Both the position numbers and the translations under genes were made by a program. This document shows, one piece after another, positions 37,935-48,569 of a stretch of 64,000 bases of DNA; positions within the stretch are counted from its first letter, which is position 1, and every line of letters begins with the position of its first letter. The stretch is from an uncultured delta proteobacterium (GTDB taxonomy: Bacteria > Desulfobacterota > Binatia > UBA9968): assembly GCA_963771465.1 (NCBI GenBank), contig CAVYTU010000012.1, positions 32,001-96,000 on the forward strand, written 5' to 3'. The notes below the pieces were generated by a model that was given only the letters and a program-made list of their open reading frames with translations, had not been told where the DNA came from and did no database searches.

Positions 37935-38179
37935 ATGAAGAAAAATGTGATCGTTCCGCGCTTGGGTCGAGCGATGAGAGCGACGAGGCGCGCATCTCGC
38001 GCTGGATCGCGAGCGCTGGCGCGAGCGTGAAAAAAGGCCAGGCGCTACTCGAAGTCGAGACCGACAAAGTCAACGTCGAAGTGGAAGCGCCGGCGGACGG
38101 CACGCTGGGAGAATTCAGCGCCAAGGTGGCGATTTTGTCAAGTTCGGCGCAGTGGTTGCGTTCGTCGAGAAATAAATAA
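37935..38179 (+). CDS. Stand-alone lipoyl/biotinyl domain protein (frameshifted)
   Basis: MKKNVIVPRLG...W....G..VKKGQALLEVETDKVNVEVEAPADGTL (lipoyl Lys in ETDK). Confidence 0.8.
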
Positions 38180-38197
38180 CCGATTCAGCTAGAGTCA

Positions 38198-38251
38198 TTC
38201 CGCCCAGCCAATCGTGCTGCTTTCACGGGCGGCACGGCTGGCGGGCGGGAA
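38198..38251. terminator. GC-rich stem-loop (terminator or REP-like)
   Basis: TTCCGCCCAGCC..CGTGCTGC pairs imperfectly with GCGGCACGGCTGGCGGGCGGGAA; no U tract. Confidence 0.35.
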
Positions 38252-38378
38252 ACGCAAAGCAAAGTTCCAGCGTAAAACTTTCGTATCATCGAATTGTATC
38301 CCCCGGATCAGAATTTAATTCCAAGCCGATCGTGCTTTCGGCGCGCGGTGGCGCGCGCAGCGGCGTAGCTAGCTTCAT

Positions 38379-40169
38379 ATGGAAGAACGTTATTCGCGCC
38401 TGCTAGCGCAGACTTGCTGGGCGGGGTGTCTGCTGGGTGGTGTGGCGACGCTGTACTTTCTCTTCGGCCTGGCGGGTTTTGTTCACAGCGTTCTGTTAAA
38501 TTTTGCCGTCGCCGCCGTTCTGGCGGGCGCGCTGGGCTTTTTCCTCTATCATTTATTTACTCAACCCAAGGGTGCGGGCTGGATTGGCTGGTCGTTATGG
38601 GCGGGTATTCTCATTATTCTCACCGCTGAAGCGATTCTCGGTTTCTTGCCGCCTATCAGTCGCGACGAGCTGACTCATCACTTGGCGATTCCTAAACTCT
38701 ACGCCAAGGCCGGACGTATCATCGAGGTGCCGATGGCGCCCTACGCTTACTATCCGATGCTCGTCGATATGTTGTTCACGCCATGGATTCATTGGGGCTA
38801 CGATTTCGTGCCCAAGTGGATTCACTGGCTTTTTTCCGGCCTCACGGCTTTGCTCCTCCACGGCTATTTGGCGCGGCGCATGAACGCAGTCTACGGCTGG
38901 CTCGGCGCTTTTTTCTTCCTCTCGACGCCCGCGATCTTTCGGCTTGGTCATTGGGGTTATAACGATCTCGCGCTCGCTTTCTACACAACTGCGGCGCTTC
39001 TGTGTCTGCTCAGGTGGCGTGAAGAGCGCGGCGCCAATAGCTGGCTGGTGCTGGCCGCGCTGTCAGTTGGATTCGCGTTGGCAACGAAGCCCAATGGCTT
39101 GGTCGCGGCGTTGTTAATCGCGCTGCTGTTCGGTTTGATGATCGTCAAGCCGCCGCGCCGAAGTTTCCCAGCGCTCAGCCGGGAATTTTTTTGCTTCGGC
39201 GCACTGGCGCTCGCACCATTTTTACCTTGGCTGATCAAGAACTGGTGGCAAACCGAAAATCCGCTGTTTCCCTTCTTCGGCAGCATATTTGTCGCCACGG
39301 CATCGTCGGCTCATCTTGGCCCCGAAGGGGCGAGCTTCGCTGCGGTCGGTATCTTCGATAAGCGGGAACATCTTTATGGCGAAAATATTTGGCAGATCAT
39401 CGCGCTGCCGCTCAGAGTCTTTTTCTCCGGCCAGGACGATAACCCGCAATATTTCGATGGCGTGCTAACGCCGATGCTGATTCTATTTTTGCCGTGGGTG
39501 TTCAAGGGAAAGTGGCTGGAGGAAAAGAAAATCCTTGCCGGCTTTGCGCTCTTGTTGTTGCTCTACGCGGTCTTTCTAGTCGACTTGCGGATTCGCTATA
39601 TCCTTGGCGTTGTGCCGCTACTGGTCATTTTGTTCTCCTATGGCGTGTTCAATACTTATCTCAGTATCAAATGGCCCAGCGTCTTGGGTATTGTGCTGCT
39701 TTCATTCGCGGGGTGGCACGGAATCTATCTGGCGAAATACATTCGCGACGCCGAGCCGCTGGCGTATCTCACTGGCACCGTCAGCCGGAAGGAATACTTG
39801 ACGCGGGCGCTACCGGAATATTCCGCCTTCGAGTATATCAACCGGCAGACGTCCGATGGCGCGAAAATTTATCTTCTCTTTGTCGGTCGGAGAGCGTATT
39901 ATTGCGAGCGAAACTATTTTCACGACGCTGGCGACCTGCCTGGCTTTTTGCTCGGCGCGATTCGCGCTGCCAAGAATGCCGCACAAATCGAACAGTCGCT
40001 CAGACAAAACCAAATCACCCATCTCATGGCGCGCGAGGAGCTGCTGGCCCGTTTTCTCAGTAATAATTTAACGCCGGCGCAAATGCGGCTGTGGAACGAA
40101 TTCGCCGGCCGCGCGCTCGCGCTCGGCTTTCGCCAACGCGGCTACGCTGTCTATCAATTGCATGGCTAA
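38379..40169 (+). CDS. GT-C (ArnT/PMT-like, GT39) membrane glycosyltransferase
   Basis: Polytopic; PP.SRDEL.HHLAIPK, GFALATKPNG, PW.IKNW.QT.NP.FPF. Confidence 0.8.
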   Translation: MEERYSRLLAQTCWAGCLLGGVATLYFLFGLAGFVHSVLLNFAVAAVLAGALGFFLYHLFTQPKGAGWIGWSLWAGILIILTAEAILGFLPPISRDELTHHLAIPKLYAKAGRIIEVPMAPYAYYPMLVDMLFTPWIHWGYDFVPKWIHWLFSGLTALLLHGYLARRMNAVYGWLGAFFFLSTPAIFRLGHWGYNDLALAFYTTAALLCLLRWREERGANSWLVLAALSVGFALATKPNGLVAALLIALLFGLMIVKPPRRSFPALSREFFCFGALALAPFLPWLIKNWWQTENPLFPFFGSIFVATASSAHLGPEGASFAAVGIFDKREHLYGENIWQIIALPLRVFFSGQDDNPQYFDGVLTPMLILFLPWVFKGKWLEEKKILAGFALLLLLYAVFLVDLRIRYILGVVPLLVILFSYGVFNTYLSIKWPSVLGIVLLSFAGWHGIYLAKYIRDAEPLAYLTGTVSRKEYLTRALPEYSAFEYINRQTSDGAKIYLLFVGRRAYYCERNYFHDAGDLPGFLLGAIRAAKNAAQIEQSLRQNQITHLMAREELLARFLSNNLTPAQMRLWNEFAGRALALGFRQRGYAVYQLHG

Positions 40170-41049
40170 ACCCATCGAGCTATCGATCGTCATCCCGGTT
40201 TTCAACGAAGCCGATAATCTCGCTGAGGTGCTCGGAAAGATTCAGTCGCTGCAATTGCCGGAAGCTGAAATCATCGTCGTCGACGACGGCTCCACCGACA
40301 GCAGCGCCGAGATCGCCATGGCTGCGCGCGCTAACGTGGTGCGCCATCCTTACAATATTGGCAACGGCGCGGCAGTGAAGAGCGGCATGCGCGCGGCCAA
40401 GGGAAGATTCATTCTCTTGATGGATGGCGACGGCCAACACAAACCCGAGGATATTCCGAAGTTATGCGCCGAGGCGGCGCACTATCACATGGTAGTGGGC
40501 GCGCGCGGCAAAGGATCGAAACTGAGGTTTCATCGCTACGCCGCCAATACGGTTTACAATTGGTTGGCGTCCTATGTGACACGTTTCAAAGTGCAGGATC
40601 TGACATCGGGATTTCGCCTACTGTCCCGCCGTGAAGCGCTGCGCTACATCGATTTGCTGCCGAACACTTTTTCCTATCCGACAACGCTGACGTTGGCCTT
40701 TCTGCGCTCGGGACTGACGGTCAAGTATGTGCCGATCCAATCGCTCTACCGTTCCGGCCAGAGTAAGATCAGTTTGATCACCGACGGCATTCGCTTTCTG
40801 CTGATTATCACCAAGATAGCCACTTTGTTTGCGCCGTTCCGGGTGTTCTTACCGGTGAGCGTGTTTTTCTTTGTCGGCGGCGTCGCCAACTATATTTACA
40901 CCTACCTCACGCAGAATCGCTTCACCAACATGTCCGTGTTCGCCTTGACGACCTCGGTGATCATCTTCATGTTAGGATTGATCTCGGAACAGATTGCGCT
41001 GCTGCGGATGGAACGGCAACAGAGCGGCCGGCGCTTCGACGACGGCTGA
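40162..41049 (+). CDS. GT2 polyprenyl-phosphate glycosyltransferase (DPM/ArnC-like)
   Basis: SIVIPVFNE, VVDDGSTD, MDGDGQH, DLTSGFR, two C-terminal TM helices. Confidence 0.9.
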   Translation: MAKPIELSIVIPVFNEADNLAEVLGKIQSLQLPEAEIIVVDDGSTDSSAEIAMAARANVVRHPYNIGNGAAVKSGMRAAKGRFILLMDGDGQHKPEDIPKLCAEAAHYHMVVGARGKGSKLRFHRYAANTVYNWLASYVTRFKVQDLTSGFRLLSRREALRYIDLLPNTFSYPTTLTLAFLRSGLTVKYVPIQSLYRSGQSKISLITDGIRFLLIITKIATLFAPFRVFLPVSVFFFVGGVANYIYTYLTQNRFTNMSVFALTTSVIIFMLGLISEQIALLRMERQQSGRRFDDG

Positions 41050-41083
41050 GCGCTGCGTCGAAGGCAATTCGTCCGCAGCTTTT

Positions 41084-42316
41084 TTACTGACGAGGTGATG
41101 ACAAGATCTCGTGATATAGTTTGTCGAACTCGCCGGCGATCCGTTGCCAATCGTAATGATTTTTAGCTTCGGCATAGGCGTTTTCGACAAGCGTCGCCCG
41201 CAGCGCCGTGTCATTCATCAGTTTCGCGATCGCTACTGCGAGATCTTTGGGTTGGTTCGGTTGCACTAATATTCCGGTGCGCCGGTCGCGCACTACCGCG
41301 TCGATACCGCCGACGCGGGTCGCCAAGACGCAAGCGCGCGCAGCGAACGCTTCTAAAAAAACTACCCCTTGGCCTTCGGTGTCGCCCGACTGCGCCTCGA
41401 CCGACGGAGCGACGAATAGATCAGCGGCGGCATAGAAATTCGCTAAATCTTGATTACGCACCATGCCCCAAAAACGAATCTGCCCGTCGATTGCCAAATC
41501 CTTCGCGGCTTTTTCCAGCGCCGGTTTTCGATCGCCGTCGCCGACGATCCAGAGCACGGTTCGTTGCTTGAGCGCGGCCGGCAATATAGCCATCGCGCGC
41601 AGCAAATCTTCAACGCCTTTTTTCTCCACCAGGCGGCCGACGAAGAGCAACAAAAAGTTCTCTTCGGCCAAAAGTGCGCGGAGAACAGCACGGTCGCCAT
41701 TGGCGAAGCGGGCGATATCGACGCCCATGGGAATGACACGGACCGACCGAGCCGATGTCCTATCGTCGATGGCGGAAGAGGTCGCGGGTGTGTTGGCCGT
41801 CCACGCATCGCTTTTGGCCACTACTAGCCGTTTGATGAAATTGTTAAGCCAGCCTTTGAGAGCGAAGGCATCGGCGCCGTGCGCCGTAGTTATGAGCGGA
41901 ATAGGATGGATTGTTTTCGCCAGGACGCCAATCAAACCTTGCGGCAATATCCAATGAGCATGAAGTAGATCAAACTTTTCTTGCCGCAAGAGCCGCAACA
42001 ATCTGTACGTCATCGCCAGAGCATAAAAGGGCACCTGTAACCAAAGCCAAGGCGAGCGGCTGAGATTTGGCATCATCCCGGAGCCGTAGGCGAGTTTCTG
42101 CCAGTGCAGCGGAAAGTATTGAAAACGGTGCACGTGGATATTGCCTTCCTGTTTCGATTCGTTGTAACCGTCCGCCGGTGCCAGGACATGAATTTCGTTG
42201 CCGCGCGCGGCCAATGCTTCGGCAAAATATCGGAGGAAGACTGACGCGGTGTCGTCCTCCTCGCGCGGATAGCTCGATGTGAGAAAGAGAATCTTGAGAG
42301 GTTGTCGCCGGCTCAT
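41084..42316 (-). CDS. GT4 glycosyltransferase
   Basis: HAHWILPQG, FVGRLVEKKG, EGQGVVFLEA. Confidence 0.92.
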   Translation of the reverse strand: MSRRQPLKILFLTSSYPREEDDTASVFLRYFAEALAARGNEIHVLAPADGYNESKQEGNIHVHRFQYFPLHWQKLAYGSGMMPNLSRSPWLWLQVPFYALAMTYRLLRLLRQEKFDLLHAHWILPQGLIGVLAKTIHPIPLITTAHGADAFALKGWLNNFIKRLVVAKSDAWTANTPATSSAIDDRTSARSVRVIPMGVDIARFANGDRAVLRALLAEENFLLLFVGRLVEKKGVEDLLRAMAILPAALKQRTVLWIVGDGDRKPALEKAAKDLAIDGQIRFWGMVRNQDLANFYAAADLFVAPSVEAQSGDTEGQGVVFLEAFAARACVLATRVGGIDAVVRDRRTGILVQPNQPKDLAVAIAKLMNDTALRATLVENAYAEAKNHYDWQRIAGEFDKLYHEILSSPRQ

Positions 42317-42493
42317 GGGGTTTCAGGAATGAATCGATGTGCCGGCGGGGTTATTCGTATGCGGACAATTCTTGCGACCGTTGCATATCGAGGTGCCTAG
42401 GACCGGCATGACGCAGTGCGAGACATTTTTGTTGCTCAACTTGCTCCCAGCGAGTAAAATACATTTTTAGCCGGCAAAATCCACAAAAACTCC

Positions 42494-43357
42494 ATGGAAC
42501 TACAGTCCAATCCAGAACCTTTTTGCGTATACACGCCGGCGTCGCAGTTAACTGACCCGACTCGACTCGTTCGAGATATGTTGGGGGATATCGCCGCGTC
42601 GCGCGAATTGGCTTGGCGACTGCTCGTGCGCAACATCAGTTCGCGCTACCGCCATACATTATTCGGTTACGTCTGGGCATTTTTGCCGCCGGTACTTTCA
42701 ACCGCCGTGTTCGTGTATTTGCAGCAAAGCGGTTACTTCACCGTGGGCCAAACGCCGGTACCCTATGCGGTATTTCTTTTTGCCGGCTTGATCCTTTGGC
42801 AGGTTTTCTGCGATGCCATCGCGATGCCGTTGCGCATGGTGCAGCAATCCTATTCCATACTCACTAAAGTCAATTTTCCACGCGAAGCGCTGATCATTGC
42901 CGGTGTCGGCGAAGTGCTGTTCGGCTTCGTCATCCGATTCGCGTTGCTGCTTTGTGCCTTATTCTGGTTCAACATTGGCGTTTCATCGTCGATGCTGCTG
43001 GTTCCTCTCGGTGTCGGCGCGCTGATCGGTCTCGGCGTCGGTTTGGGACTCGTGATCACTCCGGTTGGTATCCTCTATCATGACGTCGGTCAAAGCCTGC
43101 CTTTTGTCCTTTACCTCCTGATGTTTCTCACGCCGGTACTTTATCCGGTGCCGCAGTCGCAGTCGGGTTCATTTGCGTGGATGTGGAATCCGATCAGTCC
43201 CATGTTGGATACGACCCGGGCATGGCTCTTATCCGTGCCGGCGGAATATCTGACCGGATTCCTAATAACCACAGCTTTGGCGATTTTCACGCTGCTTATC
43301 GGCTGGTTGCTTTATCGTCTGGCCCTGCCCATCTTGCTTGAGCGAATGAGCGCCTAA
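42494..43357 (+). CDS. wzm: ABC polysaccharide export permease
   Basis: R.ISSRYR.T.FGY.WAFL.P, KVNFPRE, MFLTPVLYP, NP.S. Confidence 0.9.
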   Translation: MELQSNPEPFCVYTPASQLTDPTRLVRDMLGDIAASRELAWRLLVRNISSRYRHTLFGYVWAFLPPVLSTAVFVYLQQSGYFTVGQTPVPYAVFLFAGLILWQVFCDAIAMPLRMVQQSYSILTKVNFPREALIIAGVGEVLFGFVIRFALLLCALFWFNIGVSSSMLLVPLGVGALIGLGVGLGLVITPVGILYHDVGQSLPFVLYLLMFLTPVLYPVPQSQSGSFAWMWNPISPMLDTTRAWLLSVPAEYLTGFLITTALAIFTLLIGWLLYRLALPILLERMSA

Positions 43358-43359
43358 CT

Positions 43360-44631
43360 ATGGTTGAATCCCCAGGGGTCAAGGTCGAGCAAGTCTCAAA
43401 AAAATTCTGCCGGCGGCTGCGTTATTCGCTGTGGTATGGCTTGGTCGATCTCGGGGCGGAATTGACGGCGCAGAATGGCAACGGCGAATTACGCCTGCGC
43501 CACGCGGAGTTTCTCGCCGTCGACGATGTTTCTTTCGAATTGCGCCGCGGCGAGTGTGTCGGCTTGATCGGCCATAACGGCGCGGGCAAGAGCACGCTGC
43601 TTAAAATGCTCAACGGCCTGGTTCGTCCCGACAAAGGAAAAATCACCATGCGCGGCCGCGTCGGCGCGCTGATCGAGCTCGGCGCCGGTTTTAGCCCGAT
43701 TCTCACCGGACGCGAGAATGTTTACATCAACGGAGCGGTGCTCGGTTTTTCGAAGGGCGAGATCGACGCTAAGTTCGATGAGATCGTCGACTTTGCCGAG
43801 CTCGACGACGCCATCGACGCGCCGGTGCAAACCTACAGCTCCGGCATGTACGTTCGCCTCGGCTTCGCCGTGGCGGCGCAGCTGAATCCAGATATTTTCT
43901 TGATCGATGAACTGTTGGCGGTCGGCGATACTGGGTTTCGCATGAAATGTTTTCAGCATCTGCTCGACATGAAAGACGCGGGCAAGTCGATTGTGGTCGT
44001 CTCGCATAACATGATCGATATCAACCGCGTCTGCGACCGGGTCGTGGTGTTGGAGGGCGGCAGGAAGATTTACGACGGCGATGTGTCGTCGGGGATCGCG
44101 ACCTATGAAAGTCTTTCGTCAAAGCGCGGTCACACAGTGCGCCAGCTTGACCCGAACGCCGCCGCATGGATTGACAAGGTCGAGCTTTTCGATAGCGCGG
44201 GCAACCGGCGCGAAGAATATTCGACCGGCGAGGATTTGCTCGCCGAAGTGACCTTGTCGGCGAAACGACCAGTCACGAGTGCGCGGATCATCGTTCACGT
44301 CATGACGCCGTCGTTAGGCACGCTCGGCTCCTTCGCTTCGCCGCATAACGGCTTTACTTTCGATATTGAGCCGCCGGGCGCGGTACTGCGTTTTCGCATG
44401 CCTAAGCTGCCGTTGTTGATCGGCAGTTACAACTTGATGATGAGCTTGTACGGTCCCGGGATTAAGGATTTTCTCCATGCTATGACCGATGCGGCAACAT
44501 TCAAGATCGTCGCCCCGGCGGTGGATACCTTTGGCTACGGCGTTTGCCACACGGTGAATTTCGAGCATGAGTGGGAGTTGGTCAATTTCGATCGAGAGAA
44601 ACAATTGCTGGCGGCTCGGTCGCGCTGCTAA
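43360..44631 (+). CDS. wzt: ABC polysaccharide export ATPase with C-terminal Wzt_C domain
   Basis: GHNGAGKST, LTGRENVY, YSSGM..RLGFA, IDE.LAVGD; ~170 aa C-terminal extension. Confidence 0.92.
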   Translation: MVESPGVKVEQVSKKFCRRLRYSLWYGLVDLGAELTAQNGNGELRLRHAEFLAVDDVSFELRRGECVGLIGHNGAGKSTLLKMLNGLVRPDKGKITMRGRVGALIELGAGFSPILTGRENVYINGAVLGFSKGEIDAKFDEIVDFAELDDAIDAPVQTYSSGMYVRLGFAVAAQLNPDIFLIDELLAVGDTGFRMKCFQHLLDMKDAGKSIVVVSHNMIDINRVCDRVVVLEGGRKIYDGDVSSGIATYESLSSKRGHTVRQLDPNAAAWIDKVELFDSAGNRREEYSTGEDLLAEVTLSAKRPVTSARIIVHVMTPSLGTLGSFASPHNGFTFDIEPPGAVLRFRMPKLPLLIGSYNLMMSLYGPGIKDFLHAMTDAATFKIVAPAVDTFGYGVCHTVNFEHEWELVNFDREKQLLAARSRC

Positions 44632-44887
44632 CCCAGCGAAACGACCAGAAACAGATTCGTGTACGCTATCTTTCGCGACAAAAATGAAATAATGAACTTG
44701 TCGCTCGCTTCACTCAAACGACGCATCGGTCGGTTTGCAACGAGGATGGCGCGCCGCGCCACGATGGGCGAAGCCGGCAGCGAGAGTCGGGTGATTTCGC
44801 TTCGGCGAAGATCGTTAGGTCGTTGAGGATGAATTGGTGATTTCTATCGAAGCGAGATCGAAAGATGTGGTGTTGGAAGATGCGGCT

Positions 44888-45910
44888 TTACTTGGCGTAG
44901 AGTAACTTTTCGTACAGCTTCACATACTGCGGGACCACCACCGACTCGGAGAAGAATTTTTCGGCGCGGTGGCGCGCCGCGGCGCCGAATTGCCGTAGGG
45001 TTCCCGGCGAATCGGCGAGGCCTCTGCAGGCGGCGGCAAACTGATCGGTGTTATCAGGCTCACAGAGGATGCCGCTGACGCCATCTTCGACGACTTCCGG
45101 CAGCGATGAGATACGCGCGGCAATAATCGGCTTGGCGCAGGCCATCGCTTCCAACGGCGCGATCGGCAGACCTTCGAGCCGGGACGGAAAAAGCAGAGCG
45201 TCGCAAGCTTGATAGGTTTCCACGAGCGCGCGGTCGCCGGTTAGCTTGCCGATGGAAATCATGTTCGCGGGAATATCGTTGACGCTGCCGTCGCGCAGCC
45301 CGGTAGTGAAGCGCAGCTCGAAATCGCCACCGAGCGCGCGCATAATCGGTGCCAGCAGATCGGCGCCCTTTCTTCTGGTCAGGTTACCGACATAGAGCAG
45401 CTTAAAGGGCTTGGCCGGATCGGCTGTTCCATTTTGCGGACGGAAAATTTCGCAGTCGACGAAATTGCCAATGACTTGGGCTGAGACAAACGGGACCGTC
45501 TGCGCGAGACTTGTTGCTGTGGCCTGGCTTACCGCGGTAACGGCCGAGGCCGCCGCGAAAGATTTTTTCATGAACCGGCGCACAAGGGTTTGGTGAAAGG
45601 TAGCCTGCGCGATGCTTTTGTAAGGCCGATAGATGGGATCTAGGACGTCGAGCTGCTCGCTGACCACCAGCGGCAGATTGTTTCTTTTGAATGCATAACC
45701 CGACCAAGAGAGTGAGTGGACGATATTGGCCTCTAGCGGCCGTGTGACACCGGCCAGGAGAAATGGTGCAAACTGAAAATAGGTCGAAAACCAAGAAATC
45801 TCAGCGCCGACGCCATAACGTTGCAGTGCCTGCGCCAAACGGCTGGTATGAATATCGATCCCGCTACCGCCGCGGATCGTGGGAAGCCAGACTCTTATCT
45901 TTTGCTCCAT
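44888..45910 (-). CDS. GT4 glycosyltransferase
   Basis: YVGNL.RRKG, FPSRLEGLPIAPLEAMA. Confidence 0.9.
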   Translation of the reverse strand: MEQKIRVWLPTIRGGSGIDIHTSRLAQALQRYGVGAEISWFSTYFQFAPFLLAGVTRPLEANIVHSLSWSGYAFKRNNLPLVVSEQLDVLDPIYRPYKSIAQATFHQTLVRRFMKKSFAAASAVTAVSQATATSLAQTVPFVSAQVIGNFVDCEIFRPQNGTADPAKPFKLLYVGNLTRRKGADLLAPIMRALGGDFELRFTTGLRDGSVNDIPANMISIGKLTGDRALVETYQACDALLFPSRLEGLPIAPLEAMACAKPIIAARISSLPEVVEDGVSGILCEPDNTDQFAAACRGLADSPGTLRQFGAAARHRAEKFFSESVVVPQYVKLYEKLLYAK

Positions 45911-46090
45911 GAATACGTCGTGCTGATTAACGTAAGCTATCGAGGATTATGGGATACGTCATTTCTACGAAGGTATACCTTGATATCTGATTATTTTGAA
46001 ACTGGTAGTAGTCAAATAATCGATATGCGCCTGCATCTGAGCATGTTTTCCTAAGTCGTCATCAATGGAATTCCATGAAGGGATTCGCCG

Positions 46091-47345
46091 ATGCGCATAG
46101 CGATTATCAGTAAAGCCGATCGGTTTGGCGGCGGCGCCAGCCGGGTTGCGGAAGAGCTGTGCGCGTTGCTCCAAGCCAGCGGGCATACCGCGCATCAATA
46201 TGTTTCTAGCGCTGTCGATCTCAAATCCGATATGAAATCCCTTTACGGCGGCCGATGGATTGGCAAAGGCGTAGGCTTCGCTCATCTCATTACCCAAAGG
46301 CTCGGGCTGCAAGAGATTATTCCTTGGGAGTATTTCATCCTCCGATTCGCCAATGGGTTAATGGATTATGATCTGGTCCATTTCCATGATTTGTCGTCGG
46401 CGGTATCTCCATTGACAGTGCGATGGGTGGCCCGACGAATTCCGACGGTTTGGACGTTTCACGACTACGCGGCTTTTACCGGTGGATGTATCTTCCCAAT
46501 GGACTGCGCCAAATATCTATCCAGCTGTGGTGCTTGCCCTCAAATGGATCTTTGGCCGCTCAGCCGGTCAATGGGTATCGATTTCACCAGAACGATGCTT
46601 CGCCTTAAGCGAAATGCATTTCGAAATGTTGCCGTTCATGTCGTCGCGCCCAGTCGATGGATGGCGGAAACCGCGCGCGGCTCGGGATTCCAATTCGAAC
46701 ACCTAAGCATTATTCCGTACGGCATCGATGTGTCACTTTACCGGCCTGTGGACAAGTTGAAGGTGCGCCAGCGGTTGGGCCTGGTTACGACAAAGCCCGT
46801 GGTATTACTATCGGCGGGTGACATTACTGACAAACGCAAAGGGACGATTTACGCGATTGAAGCACTTAAAAAATGCTACCCGCAGCTCGATCCGCTCGTC
46901 TTAGTTGTCGGAAAAATGAACGCTAGACGCCAGGCAGCTGTTCGACGCGATTGAGGTTTTCGAAACCGGCTATTTAACCGACGATAAAAAGAAAGCCGAA
47001 TATTTTGCCGCAGCAGATGTGTTCTTGTTTTGCCCGCTGGATGACAATATACCGCTTACTATTCTGGAAACCATGGCGACCCAGACTCCGATGGTGGGAT
47101 TCGCCACCGGAGGCATACCGGAAGTTGTTGAACATCAAAAGTCCGGCTATTTGGCGAGCAAGGGGGATGTGCAAGGCGTTGTCGAAGGCTTGCGACTTGC
47201 TTTCCATGAGAAACGGCTTGCCCTATGGGGAGCCGCCGGCCGTAAAAAACTCGAGAGCCATTATACCCATGAGATCTTCTTGGAGAGTCACCTCAGACTG
47301 TACGGTGAGTTAACTCGGCAAGAGCCGTCGTCGCAAATTCGTTAA
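46091..47345 (+). CDS. GT4 glycosyltransferase (WcaC-like), frameshifted near 46930
   Basis: GGA.RVA, WTFHD..AFTGGC, C...CGACP; second ORF DNIPLTILETMA. Confidence 0.85.
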
Positions 47346-47603
47346 CCGCCAGTCGTGATTAGGATGACAAAGAGCGCATGTTCGGGAGAGGCTATTTGAC
47401 GTAGAGTGTCGAGTGAGGGCGAGTGACGCCGATAGCAGCTCTAACTTGCCTTCGCATAGGCGGGAAATCGGCGCATTCTCCATGGTCCGCGTTTGTTACG
47501 GGACGGTCATTAAGACAAATACGTTGGCTTCTTGATAATTCCATAGATTCTTATTGAAGGCCATCGTGAAGGACAGTAAAATTGCATTTCGATTCGAATA
47601 CCT

Positions 47604-48557
47604 GTGTATGACGTAAGTGAAGATTCGGTTTTGAAATTTCCTGTCTCAGTTTTTGCGCAGCCGTCGCCGATAGCTGATTCTGAGACGGATTTACGCCAAT
47701 CGCAGCCGTCTCCGATAACACCAAGACCCGACACCCATATTCCCAAAGGAACAAAATTGAGAAAGCCGTTTCGGAGATGGATTCAAGCGTACGTGCACGG
47801 GCTGCTTAAAAAATATTCTTCGGTGCGTGAGGATGAGATTCAAGCGTTGCAAAGCCGTGTTAAAGCAGCCGAATATCTGCTGGATTTCGTAGCCGCGGAC
47901 GAGATCAATCGTTGGCTCTACGGCAATCGGCGGGAGCGCATGGATGCGACCGTGCCGTTTTTCGACCGAACACGCCGGGAATTTCACCTCGATCGTTATC
48001 GCTTTGCCTCTGCCCGAGTGGCTGGCAGCAGGGTGCTCGATTGCGCCAGCGGGACGGGATACGGGATTAGATACCTCATCGAGACCGGTAAGGCCGCCAG
48101 CGGTATCGGCGTCGAAATTGATACTCAGGCGGTTGAGTATGCGCTTCAGCGGCACCGAGTTCAGGGAGCGGCTTTCGTCTGCGCGTCGGGCGACTGCATG
48201 CCCTTGCCCGATGCATGCGTCGATGTTGTTACTTCTTTTGAAACGATTGAGCACGTTGCGGATGACGAACGGTTAATCGATGAGTTTCATAGAGTGCTGC
48301 GGCCCAACGGTTTGCTGTTTATTTCGACACCAAACCATTGGCCGCTGGCGGTATCGCCCTACCATGTGCGCGAGTACGACAAGAACTCTTTTCTCAAAGT
48401 TCTTGATCGATATTTCCACTGTTTGGAGTTGTACAATCAAAACTCCGGTTCGCCGACGCCTTATAATCATGACCAGCCGGCTGGGATAGTTGCTACAGCA
48501 GCAGCCAATGAGCATCTGGCCGAATGCTACTTGGCGGTTTGTCGCAGCAAGCCTTGA
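47604..48557 (+). CDS. Class I SAM-dependent methyltransferase
   Basis: HLDRYRFA, VLDCASGTGYG, VTSFETIEH, STPN, HVREY. Confidence 0.9.
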   Translation: MYDVSEDSVLKFPVSVFAQPSPIADSETDLRQSQPSPITPRPDTHIPKGTKLRKPFRRWIQAYVHGLLKKYSSVREDEIQALQSRVKAAEYLLDFVAADEINRWLYGNRRERMDATVPFFDRTRREFHLDRYRFASARVAGSRVLDCASGTGYGIRYLIETGKAASGIGVEIDTQAVEYALQRHRVQGAAFVCASGDCMPLPDACVDVVTSFETIEHVADDERLIDEFHRVLRPNGLLFISTPNHWPLAVSPYHVREYDKNSFLKVLDRYFHCLELYNQNSGSPTPYNHDQPAGIVATAAANEHLAECYLAVCRSKP

Positions 48558-48569
48558 TGATAGATCGGT

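Noticed and set aside
38240-38280. c-di-GMP-I riboswitch suggested by ACGCAAAGC
   Set aside because: The upstream GGCAAAC stem with GAAA tetraloop is missing; a plain hairpin explains the region.
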